DNA of 63,887 nt, the filler included, from Reclinomonas americana ATCC 50394 (Eukaryota): assembly GCA_048213135.1 (NCBI GenBank). It is 7 parts of 6 records of this genome, joined end to end, with 100 filler letters (N's around TTAATTAATTAA, not from the genome) between each part and the next. Parts side by side here need not be neighbours in the genome. Positions count along the whole stretch, not along the records: positions 1 to 7,704 come from PS015488.1; positions 7,805 to 22,377 come from PS015489.1; 5 more parts are not named here. One strand, given 5' to 3'. The position numbers and the translations under genes are program-made. Positions 1 to 10,792 of this stretch are shown piece after piece (the stretch's first letter is position 1; every line of letters starts with the position of its first letter). The notes beneath the pieces were generated by a model that searched no databases, was not told the DNA's origin, and worked only from the letters and a program-made list of their open reading frames with translations.

Positions 1-68
1 CTCTCTCTTTCTCCCTCTCTCGCGCACATGCAAGTGACTGGTTGCATTGTGTGTGTGTGTGCCTGCAG

Positions 69-3000
69 GCAGCGCCCTCTGTCACGCCAATGATCCGACA
101 GTACCTGGAGATCAAGCGCGAACATCCGGGCTACCTGCTGCTGTACCGCATGGGTGACTTTTACGAGATGTTCTTTGACGACGCGGTGCGAGCCTCGCAG
201 GCACTCGACATTACAGTTGCGTGCAAAGAGTTGTCTTCTCCCGCGCTCTCCAGTGGCAAACTCTCTCGCACACATGCTGCGCAGTTGACCAAGCGGGGTC
301 GACATCAGGGCCTTGACATTCCCATGTGTGGCATCCCGTACCACGCGCTCGACAACTACCTGCCGCGCCTCATTCGCAAGGGCATCTTGGTGGCCGTGTG
401 CGAACAGCAGCATGACCATCCGTCATCGCGAGGCAATGCAAGCGGTGGCGAGGGCGAAGGTGGCGAGCAGCGCTCGCGGCCGCACATTATCCACCGCGCT
501 GTCGAGCGCATCGTCACACCCGGCACTGTCATGGAGGAGAACTTGCTGGATCCGCGCAACCACAACTACTTGTCTGCCGTGTCGGTCTCCGACGACGGTG
601 CGCTGTATGGCATTGCCAGTGCCGACTTGTCCACCGGTGTGTACCCCACTTACGCACGCGTGCTTTTGTCTCTCTGCTCTTACACGTGGCTGCAGGCGAA
701 CTGAATGTGTTGGCGTCGTCGCCACTGACGCTGTCGGCGGATGTGGCGCGCATGGCACCCTCGGAGGTGTTGATCAGCGATCGGCACGAGGCCGCTGTGC
801 TGCAGGCACTGACAGCATCGCGAGTCGAGGCACACGTAACCCGTGTGCCTGTCGACGACTTTGTGTTCACCTCGCGTGATTTCACTGCCCTCTGGTCGCG
901 TGCCATGCGCTCCGACAAGGACGCCAGCAAGTCGTCGACGACGGCGGGGGTGAATGCAGCGATGAGCAAGCTCGGGCTATCGCCAGTCGAACGCGCTGCC
1001 GTGTGTGCAGTGCTGCGCTACGTGGAACGAACACAAAAGGGGCGCATACCGTCGTTCAGCGCGCAGCGTGCACGTGTCGACATCACCATGTCCATCGATG
1101 CTTCCACGCGCAAGAGCCTCGAACTGACAAGTACACTGTCGGCGTCGGGCGATCCCAAGAAGGGCAGCATTCTTGGCACCATCGACTACACAGTGACGGC
1201 GCCGGGAGCACGACTGCTGGCCTCTCGTCTGAGTTGCGTCGTTGCAGGGAAAAAACGATTCGTGGTGTTGCGCTTTCCTCACTGCAGTGGTGTGTGCGCG
1301 CGCAAGATGCACCAATCACCGACATTGCGCAGATCAACGAGCGACTCGATCTCGTTACGTTCTTCATGAAGGAACCGGGAGTTGCCAACAAGGTACCTTG
1401 TCGTGCGTCGTCTGTGCATGGAGTGATACTCATGACACGACCACAGATCCGCGGCCACTTGCGTGAGTGCTCCGACATTGAACGATGTCTGCAGCGGTTA
1501 AGCGTCCGCCGTGGCACACCCCGCGATCTGCGTAGTGTCGGAGATACTCTGGCCCTGGCGCACAAGCTGAAGGCCATCCTGGAGACCTCGCACCGCGCAT
1601 GGCCACTGCCACCGCTGTGGGACACATCTACGGCGCTCTCCAATGCCACTCTGCTGGCACTGTCGCGACGCATCGATGCTGCCATGCTCAATCCGGCCCC
1701 CACACAGTTTGCAGAGGAGGGCTTCTTTGCGTATGGCTACAATCAGGAACTGGACGCCCTGAAGCGCACACGCTCCAACGGCGAGCACGAGATGTCTCGA
1801 CTGCAGGAGCAATATCGGCAGAAAACTGGTGCGTTTGCCGCGCTGCACAACGAGCGTGCGTGTTTGCGCAGTGATTCTCACTGTTATCGCGGATGCACAG
1901 GCGTGTCCAATCTGAAGATCCGCTTCAATCACGTGGTCGGCTACTTTTGCGAGGTGTCGCCGTCGCAGGAACACAAGCTGGTCGAGTGCGCCGAGGAGCA
2001 GTTCACTCTGTGCCAGTCGGTGTCGGGCTCGCGACGCTACAAGACCGAGGTGATCGAGTTGATCGAGTGGCTGACCTTTGTGTTTCTCTCACCACTGACT
2101 GTGCGCGTGTCGAATGACAGGCCCTGCGTCACAAGGAGGAGCAGATTCATCGTGCCAAGCACGAGACTTTCGATCTGGAAATGCGTCTCTTTTACGAGCT
2201 GTGCGACGAGGTGCGTCCACCTGGTGCAAGACACCTGTGCACGCCACTTAACGTCGTGCGCAGGTGGTGGCTGCGTCGTCGGACGTGCGTGCCGTGTGCA
2301 ACAGTCTCTCGGTGATTGATGTCTCGTGTGCGCTGGCCAAGGTGTGTGCGAGAGGGAGAGAGAGAGGAGGGGGGAAGGGAGAAGTGTGCTCTGGTAGGCG
2401 CAAGCTCCGTCCACCTGCGCACGAGTTGTCTATGTGGCATGACCATTGTGGGAAACATGCGCTCATTCACCTTACTTCATTTGTATCGCAGCTGGCCACT
2501 GATCACAACTACTGCCGACCGGAAGTCAACGACGGGTGAGTTGTCTGCGATGTGGGTGTTTTTCGGAAGCAGTTGTTCATGATCGCACGCTGTACAGTGT
2601 GGAATTTGTCGTGGAGGGCGGTCGCCATGCAGTTGTTGAGCGCAGCCGTGAGGGTCGGTTTGTGCCGAACGACTGCGCCATCGATAGCAACAGCATTGTG
2701 CACTTGATTACGGGGTGCGCTGAGACTGTAAGTTGCTCTTGTTTTCTTGTTCTCACGAACTGTGTGACTCCCCTCTGTAGGCCAAATATGGGCGGCAAGA
2801 GCACGTATCTGCGACAAAACGCCATTATTGCCATTCTGGCGCAGATGGGATCGTACGTGCCGGCAACACGTGCACGTCTTGGTGTGGTCGACAGGCTGTT
2901 TTCCAGGGTACGCATGCTGCGGCATACTTTGTACGGGGGGTGGTGTCATTCCTCAATGTGCGGCGGTTGTGTTGCAGGTGGGCGCCTCTGACGACCTCGC

Positions 3001-3866
3001 CCGCGATCAGTCCACATTCATGGTGGAGATGACGGAGACGTCGTTGATTCTGCATCAGGCAACTCCACGCTCACTGGTGTAGTGTTGTTGCCCGTCGTGA
3101 GTGTGCTGAAGACGTGGGTGGCATTAGTTGATTCACCGTCGTCGACGCAGATTATCATGGACGAAATCGGGCGTGGCACCTCGACGTACGACGGCATGGC
3201 GCTCGCCTGGGCCATTCTCGAACACATTCACGACATGAACTGGTACGTGGTGGCACGTATTCGCGACCCTGTCTCTGTGCCTCACCGATGTGCATCGTAG
3301 TTCACGAACGCTGTTTGCCACTCACTACCACGAACTGGCGGCCTTGTGCAAAGAGCAGCGGAAAATCGTGCCGTACACACTGGAGATCATCGAAGATGTG
3401 CGTTCACTGCTGACATGCTTCTCTGCCACAGTCCATCTTGTCAGTCTCACTCGTCGTCGTCAAGGGCGACGATCTCATCTTTGCACATCGAGTGATTCCC
3501 GGCACGGCACGCCGTTCGTACGGAATCCATGTGGCCGAGTTGGCCGGCATTCCGCCTGCCGTGGTAATTCGTGCCAACGAAGTGCTGCGACTCATTGAGT
3601 CGCGCAGCCCGAGCGCGTCGCTGACCAACGCATCACTGCCGGTCACACTACCACCGCCACCACCACCGCCACCGCCACCGCCACCACCAGTGGTTGTACC
3701 GGAAGACCCGTCGGTGGCGCTGAATGCCAAGATCGCCGACATGGTGCGGCGGCTCGACCCAGATGCGCTGTCACCGCGGGAGGCGATGGTGAAGCTGTTT
3801 GAGTTGCACGCTCTTGCTGGAGATGCTGAGGCGAAGCGGGGACGTCGAAGAGGAGGAACAACATGA
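69..3866 (+). CDS. MSH1: Bacterial-type MutS1 (MSH1-like) mismatch repair ATPase, multi-exon, 5' end outside window
   Basis: [24 protein letters not shown] (mismatch-binding Phe motif), [15 protein letters not shown] (Walker A), [52 protein letters not shown]. About 13 GT-AG introns restore the frame. Confidence 0.95.
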
Positions 3867-3904
3867 GTGAATAACAGGAATTAGTTTCGTTCACTAGGGG
3901 ATGA

Positions 3905-6775
3905 TCATCGACCGTGCTGAGAGGGTCGACGATGCGCCTGAGCATCGTCTAATCGCAGCTGCAACGAGTCCATCTCACTAGTGAATGCCCAGTCGTGTGA
4001 CTCGGTCACCGACGGGTTGCTGCTTAGTGAGCTGTGTGATGTTCGCAAGTGCCGTTTGGTCGAGGCCGTCAGCGTCAACTGCGCGCAAGCAAGCGGTGAG
4101 AATACTCCAAAGGCAGGGCGACAGCGAACAATGACGGCTACCTTGGCAACAAAATTGTCGGGGCTCGACGGATCGTACGGTCGCAAGAGTAGCGACTGTG
4201 GATGGAGAGGAATGCCAAACTCGGTCATCAGTTCGTTGGCAGGCGTACCGGGAGAGCCCATATCCCAGCGCGGAAGCGACTGATGCGACATGGACTGCAC
4301 ATCGACAGACATTTAGCACACACATCTTGCAGTTGTCTCTCTCGCAGAGCAAAGACACGAAACTGCAGTCAGTGCACCGGGTCGTCGCTTCTCAATCTCC
4401 TCGCGAAGCTCGCGGGACGGTGGCGGGGTCAGCGTGTGCTTCTGTAATCTGCGCGCCAGCATGGTGACATTGGGATCGCCACGCATGTGCGCCGGCAGGG
4501 GTTCCTGTTGTACACATACTACAAATGAGCAACAACAAAAAGTGGTCTGGTTTGTGGTAGTTGCGCGCACCATCTTTCGTCGGCGCAGCAGTGGAGTGGT
4601 CGACGGCGGCGTTGGTGGCCTGGTAGGTGCGCGAGACGGGGATCGTGACGGCGACCGCGTCTGTTGTGAGGGACTCTCCTGCACGACACTGCTGCTGATG
4701 GTGCTGGTCGTTCGCACCGGTGCCGGGGTCGATATTCCACGGCGGCGCGACATGCTCGACGGCTGACGAGAAAACACAAATGAGTGTCAATGGAAAAATG
4801 AGACTCGGACGTGAACATGGCGAGCTCACCTGCGACCCCCGGCGCGCGCCACGAACAGGCGCTGGCGACAGAGCCCCAGCAGCAGCGGTTCCACTGGGAA
4901 CTACGGTGGAGTTCAATGACGCCATGGATGTGCCGGTGACACCAGCCAACTCAGGGAATGTGGTCCCCTGCACGGTGGCTGCTGGAGCCGGTGTGCTGGA
5001 TGCCACTGGCGACCCGTGCACGCTTCCGTCTCGTCCGGTGGTCGCGCTAGACATGGTCGATGCGATGGTGCCACGTCGCTCCATGCTGCAGAGCGCGATG
5101 GCAGTGAGTTCGTGAATCAGCGACGACCCGAGAGAGAAAGTCCCCACAACAACAACGCAACGGAGGCAGCTGACCCTCCGATCCTGCCGTCTTCAACGAT
5201 TTGCCAGAGGGTGACATGTTGGTAGTACTGCCGTTGCCGCCGGCAACAGAAGCCGTGTCTGAGCCATCCGACGAGAGGTACGTGTCGCCGATGCCCTCCA
5301 GCACAATGATCGACTTGTCTGTGCATTTCACACGAGGGAATTGTAAGCGACCCATCGTCACGGACATCTCTGGATCGTCGCACGAACCTCCGTGTTGCCG
5401 CGCCAGCCGCAGAGCATTGCGCTTCAGTGGCTGCGGGGTGGAAAGCGCAAGACATCAACAGCATGCACGTGGATGCGTACAACAACAACACACGCACGCA
5501 CACTTGCAGTGTACATCGGCGATATCTGGTCCCTCAGGCCTTCGTCAATCACCGAGCCCAGAACATGCTGCACACGTGATCGCTCCTGCGACATGTTCTT
5601 TTGTTGCGCCTGCAGTCGCAATGTGCGACCGAAGAAGTTCGATCGAGTTGTCGGACTGCACAATCAGGGTCAGTTGCTCAGACACGTTTCCAGAGGCACT
5701 GTCGAAAGGAAACAATTCCAACCTGGGCGGCATCTCAGTCCCAGTAGCACCAGCACCCACAGCGGCAGGGGCAGTCTGTGGCGGTTTCCGACTACTTGCT
5801 TGTGCGCCGTCGCCCTCATCGGTGACGGCCGTTGCCGACACTTCTCCATCCTCAACACTGACTTCGACAGCACTCGGCAGGCGAGGTTGACTCTCAGTGA
5901 CCGACGCTCGAGCGTGACTCTGACTGGCCGCCGCAGAGGCCTCCAATGGGTCCTTCACTCCAAACAACTTCTCAAAGTCACGGTGGAAATCCTCCACACT
6001 TCGTGCTTGTTGGAGTCGCGGAGGCAGCCATTTGCGATTGCCCAGCGCGTTGAGGAATGAAGCTGTACAACAGAGCAATGTGAGAGACGTGCTGTGTGCG
6101 TGCACATGCTGCTAAGAAAATGCACACACACACACCCTTGTTCTTCTCTTGCGCGGCCTCACGCTTTTGCATCTCCTTCAGAACCTTGTCTGACGTAAAG
6201 GCACGCAGTTGTTCGGACTCGTGCATCGTCTGCCGCGGTACCAGCTGGGCGCCCTTCAACAGCGGCGACAAGAAGCCACTCGTATCCTCGTACTCGTCCT
6301 CCTCGTCCTCGGCTGGCTGGTCGGCGCCACCCATCGTCAAGTCCTGTGCGCGCACCACGTGAGTACGGTGTATTGGTGGTACATGACAATTAGTGAACAC
6401 AAACCAGCGAGGAAGACGACGTGTCGCCATCCTGACGGCTGCTCGGACGTGATTTGCGCCGCTTACTGAGCCACAACATGAGCGGCTTCTCCGCTGCACA
6501 CACACATCTTGCGTCAGTCTCGATGACGATCAGACGCGGCAAATCGATCCAGGTGCATACCCTTTTTCTGCGAAAACGGATCGGGCTCCTCCAGGCGCCA
6601 CGCACGGATCTTGCCATCATCGGCACCAATCAATACCTGCAGCACACGGAAAAATAAGAGGACATATCAAGCCGACAAGAGCAGCACATGAACACAACGC
6701 AACTGTCTTGATGTCGCGCACATACAGCATCTGGCGAACATTGCCCTCCATCACATCCCACCGCACATGCTCCTG
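3905..6775 (-). CDS. WD40-repeat protein, C-terminal part (last blade plus a long Ser/Pro-rich tail), multi-exon
   Basis: Exons QEHVRWDVMEGNVRQMLYVRDIKT|VLIGADDGKIRAWRL.. continue through canonical introns into low-complexity exons ending ..RRPSQHGR*. Some internal junctions are uncertain. Confidence 0.6.
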
Positions 6776-6849
6776 CTCCATCATCGCATGAGCACACAAC
6801 ACACGAGGAGACTGNNNNNNNNNNNNNNNNNNNNCCATGCGAACCACAG

Positions 6850-7672
6850 ATGGCACTCGACGGGCTCCACTTGCCGTACTGAGGACACACACAGCTCCCA
6901 TTCGCGGCTTGGTACGGTGGAAGAAGATGCTGGTGCGTTGCTCCTCCGTTGTCTTCCCCCATTTTTCGTACCATTCTCCTGACCTACTTTTGTCACACAC
7001 ACAGATCACGTGTGCCGAAGATGGTGCGGCCATCTATTGGACCATCGACAAGTGGGATCCCGTGCGCGTCCTCGGCTCGGAAGAGACCGTGCCGATGAAA
7101 GGGTGAGCTGAGCAGGACCACTGCTGCTCGTGTACATTTCAAACACCCTCGCTGACACGCATTGATGCGTGCGAGCAGCATGGCCTTGTCACCCGAACGC
7201 GGTCACCTCGCCACGTGGGGTCACGACGACTTTGCGCGCGTGTGGGACCTCGCCAGCACCGCTCTCCTGTTCAAACTCGAAGGACACACAGGCGAGGTTT
7301 TCAAGGTTTGTCGCGTACACGCATCTTGGGCAGTGGCGACGACGTGCGTTGTGTTGCTGATCGGACGATGTGATGTAGGTGGTGTACGCGCCGGCTGTCG
7401 ATTTCTGGGTCACGTCGTCGCAAGACGAAACCGTAAGAATTTGGGTTTGTCACCCCGCCTCGCACACTGTCTGTCTCTGTATGAACACCCGCCGATACCC
7501 TTCCCCCCTCTCATTTCGACAGAATGCGGACGGCATGTGCGTGCAGGAGGTGGCTTTCGAGGATTTCATCATTCACGAAATGTTCTTTGCACCCGAGTCG
7601 AACATGCTCATGTTCAGCACGTTGAAAAACAGCGTGCACACATACTCTGTGCTTCCTGATGGAACGCTGGAG
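6850..7672 (+). CDS. WD40-repeat exons; probably the upstream part of the 3905-6775 gene on a mis-oriented contig
   Basis: LATWGHDDFARVWDL, LEGHTGEVFK, WVTSSQDETVRIW. The piece starts at a splice acceptor, ends at a donor, and is bounded by N gaps. Confidence 0.8.
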
Positions 7673-7704
7673 GTACGTCCTGGGTCTGCCTTCAGTGTGT
7701 GCGT

Positions 7705-7804
7705 NNNNNNNNNNNNNNNNNNNNNNNNNNNNNNNNNNNNNNNNNNNNTTAATTAATTAANNNNNNNNNNNNNNNNNNNNNNNNNNNNNNNNNNNNNNNN
7801 NNNN
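7705..7804. other. Artificial assembly spacer N44-TTAATTAATTAA-N44 (12-mer also at 22422, 45780, 48973, 55024, 62079)
   Basis: The identical 12-mer, with stops in all six frames, sits in the middle of N runs six times and interrupts genes. Confidence 0.97.
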
Positions 7805-7858
7805 TCTCTCTCTCTCTCTTCTTGTGCCCCTGCCTCACGCCTTTTTTTCCCACACCAG

Positions 7859-9303
7859 ATGTTCGCACGACCATTCGTCGGCGCACTGGCCGGCCACTCG
7901 GACGCCGTCTACTGCTGCACACGGCATCCGCGCGTGTTGTCGGCATTCATCTCGGGTGCTTGCGATGGAGGTCTCGTCGCGCGCCCTTGTTCTTCTTCTT
8001 TCTTTCGTCTCTCGGCATTGCTGACGCGCATGCAGAGATCCGCGTGTGGGACCTGGCGACGCAGCAATGCTTGTGGGCTGTTCCGCACGCGCACAATTCG
8101 TTTGTGCGCGGAGTGTGCGCGTCGCCAATGGACGACGTGATGCTGTCGTGCGGTGACGACGGTACCGTCAAGATATGGAGTCTGGATCTGTCCATGGCCG
8201 GTGGTGGGCCCGGGGCCACAAAGGTATGTGTGTCTGTCATACACACGCACCTGCAGGCGTGGCTTCTGACATCTCTTGGCAATCGCAGCCACGTGCGCTC
8301 TTCACCAGCGACGGGCCATTCCGTGCTATTGATCACTCGTTCGCAAACACCACGTTTGCCACGGCCGGTGATGGAGTGTGCGTGTGGGACGAGGTGCGAG
8401 CGGAACCTGTGCACCGCTACGAGTGGGGTGCTGACACGGTCATCAGCGGTGCGTCCTTTTTCTTCCTCCCTCCTCTCTCCCTCCTCCTTACTGTTTTGTG
8501 CTCGTCGGCAGTGCGCTACAATCCGTCGCAGACGGAGGTGGTGGCCAGCACGGCCATGGATCGCTCGGTGGTGCTGCACGATGTGCGCTCCAACACCTCC
8601 ATTCGCAAGTTCATTATGGATATGCGACCAAATACGGTGCGATGGAACCCGATGGAGCCCTTCTACTTTGTGGTGCCGAACGAGGATCACAACATGTACA
8701 TGTTCGACATGCGACGCCTCGATCGCGCCTCGCTCGTCTTCAAGGACCACGTGTCGGCGGTGTTGGACGTTGATTTCTCACCGACGGGTCTCGAGCTGGT
8801 CAGCGGCGCCTACGACCGCACTCTGCGTCTGTGGAACTTTAACGAAGGCCGCAGTCGCGACATCTATTTCACCAAGCGCATGCAGAGGTGAGTAGGAGAC
8901 AGAAGGAAGGAGACGGCAAGTGCCTGGTAGCTCACGTGTGCGTGCACGCAGATTGTTTTGCGTGGCCTTCAGCGGCGACGCCAACTACGTGGTGTCGGGC
9001 TCCGACGACATGAACCTGCGTCTGTGGAAAGCGCACGCCTCAGCGCCCGTGCACACCCTGCTGCCACGCGAGCGCACCAAGCTGAACTACGGCGACAAGC
9101 TGAAGCAGCGCTTCCAGTACGTGCCCGAACTTCGCCGCATCCTCAAACGTCGCATCCAGCCACGCTCCGTGCGCAAGGCCACCTTCACCAAGGAGACGAT
9201 GAAGAAGTCGCGACAGAGACGACTGGAGAACACCATCAAGAATCGTCGTGCCATTGTTGTGCGGCCAGAAAAGGCGCGTCCCATTCTTAGCATTGAGGAG
9301 TAG
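7859..9303 (+). CDS. DCAF13: DCAF13/SOF1 (WD40 + Sof1 domain; SSU processome), 5'-truncated
   Basis: MFARPFVGALAGHSDAVY, WNPMEPFYF..NEDHNMYMFDMRRL, DHVSAVLDVDFSPTG, SRDIYFTKRMQR, SGSDDMNLRLWKAHAS. Four GT-AG introns. Confidence 0.95.
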
Positions 9304-9312
9304 TAAAACGAA

Positions 9313-10317
9313 ATGAGCGACAAGGATGTGGAACGAAGACTCGCCTCATCCGCAGCTGCTGCTGCTGGAGGCAACTCATTCGGGTGTGTGTCTCATGTGC
9401 AGCTCCAAGTGTGCGCTCTCTGTGTGATGATGTTGACAAACACCTTCCCGCGCGCAGATGGTGGCTGGCAGTGGGTCTCGGCCTCGTCTCTGTAGTTGTC
9501 CTCGTGTACGGCCTCCTGCGACGCAGCAACCGCCCCAGTGGTGCACCAGTCGCCGCAGGAGGAGGAGGAGCAGGAGGCGCACAAGGAGCACAAGGAGCAC
9601 AGCCTGCGCGTGTGCAACTGATTCACGATGTGGATGACGACGATGACGAGGGCGATGTGAGTGATGAGGATGGTGTGCGCAGAGGCGGTGTGGCGGCACC
9701 TTTGGCTGGTCTGGGCGGTCGGTTGGTGGCGGCTGCGGGTGCGGCTGGTGCGCACAGCAGCGACGGATTGATGCCAGTCACGATTGATATGAGCAATGTG
9801 CGTCTATTTGCGTGTGTTGTTGTCTCGCCCCCCTTAGGCCGTGCGTGCGTGCGTGTTGATATATGCTGCTTCCAGTTGGTGTTGGAACGTACACGCGAGG
9901 GCCTGGAGATGATCCCCGAGTGCATTCCACCGCTGGCGCAACTGGTGATGAACTACAATGTGTTCCCGATTGCGGTGGTGCGATCGGATGCCGAGGAGGA
10001 CATGGTGCGTGCGTTGTATCAGTCGGCCGGTCTCTACGACTTGGGCTTGGACGAGAGAGTTGCGCGTGTCGATCCAGACATGAGCGCTATCCCCACCCGT
10101 TGCTGAGTGGTGTGTTGGCGTCTTGCAGAAGCTGCTGTTCTGCGAGACAAGTGTCGGAAAGCAGGCCATGGTGCGGCAGATTGAGCCGGCGATGCATCTG
10201 GAGAGCGAGGATGGTGTGGCGGAGGCACTGCGGCCACATATCCGGCGAGTGGCGCTGCTGCCGGCCAACAACCCGGCGGCACTGGTCAAGTTCGTGCAAC
10301 AGACCATGCGTGGATAG
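9313..10317 (+). CDS. PEX22: PEX22-like peroxisomal membrane anchor
   Basis: N-terminal TM segment WWLAVGLGLVSVVVLVYGLLRR. C-terminal KLLFCETSVGKQAMVRQIEPAMHLES resembles the PEX22 motif (vLFCsT..G+..fVRQlEP.wHid). Three introns. Confidence 0.75.
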
Positions 10318-10792
10318 AAAACGTCACCAGTGCAAAATACAGAGACAGGAGGCGATGTGTGCCTGCGTTGACCATGATGCCGCGTGCAATCGTACATTCA
10401 TTGCCGACGACAGACAACTCGGTGTCTGCACAAAAACATTTATACACACACAAACACACACAGATCCACTCTGTGTGACAGCTGAGGGGGGAGAAGAAAA
10501 ACACACAAACACACACAACACGGTACACCACACCCTTCTCCAGCATGCCAGTTGGCCATGCCGAGGGTGGGCAAAGCCGCAAAGTAAAAATACACCAAAC
10601 AACAAAAGACGCCTAAACACAAACACCCTACTCCTCTCGCCCTCGCACTGGCCAGCGCTGTCGGCTTCCCTCAACGCCAATGACAACAGTGCGAGCGAGA
10701 AAAAGAAAAGAAAACAAACAAGAACTATGCACAAAACAACAACAACAAAAAACAAACACAGAAAAACACTCTCTTTCTCTCTCTCTCTCTCT

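Noticed and set aside
5135..5146. GAAAGTCCCC resembling RNase MRP CR-I
   Set aside because: No complementary CR-V segment was found, and it lies antisense within a small intron.
7749..7760. TTAATTAATTAA recurring six times, as a possible repeat, piggyBac TTAA site or telomere-like motif
   Set aside because: Always centred in N runs with stops in all frames: an assembly spacer.
10320..10790. Part of the 510-aa plus-strand ORF 9863-11395
   Set aside because: Spans the A/C-rich 3' region and antisense of the HAT gene; no protein-like signal.
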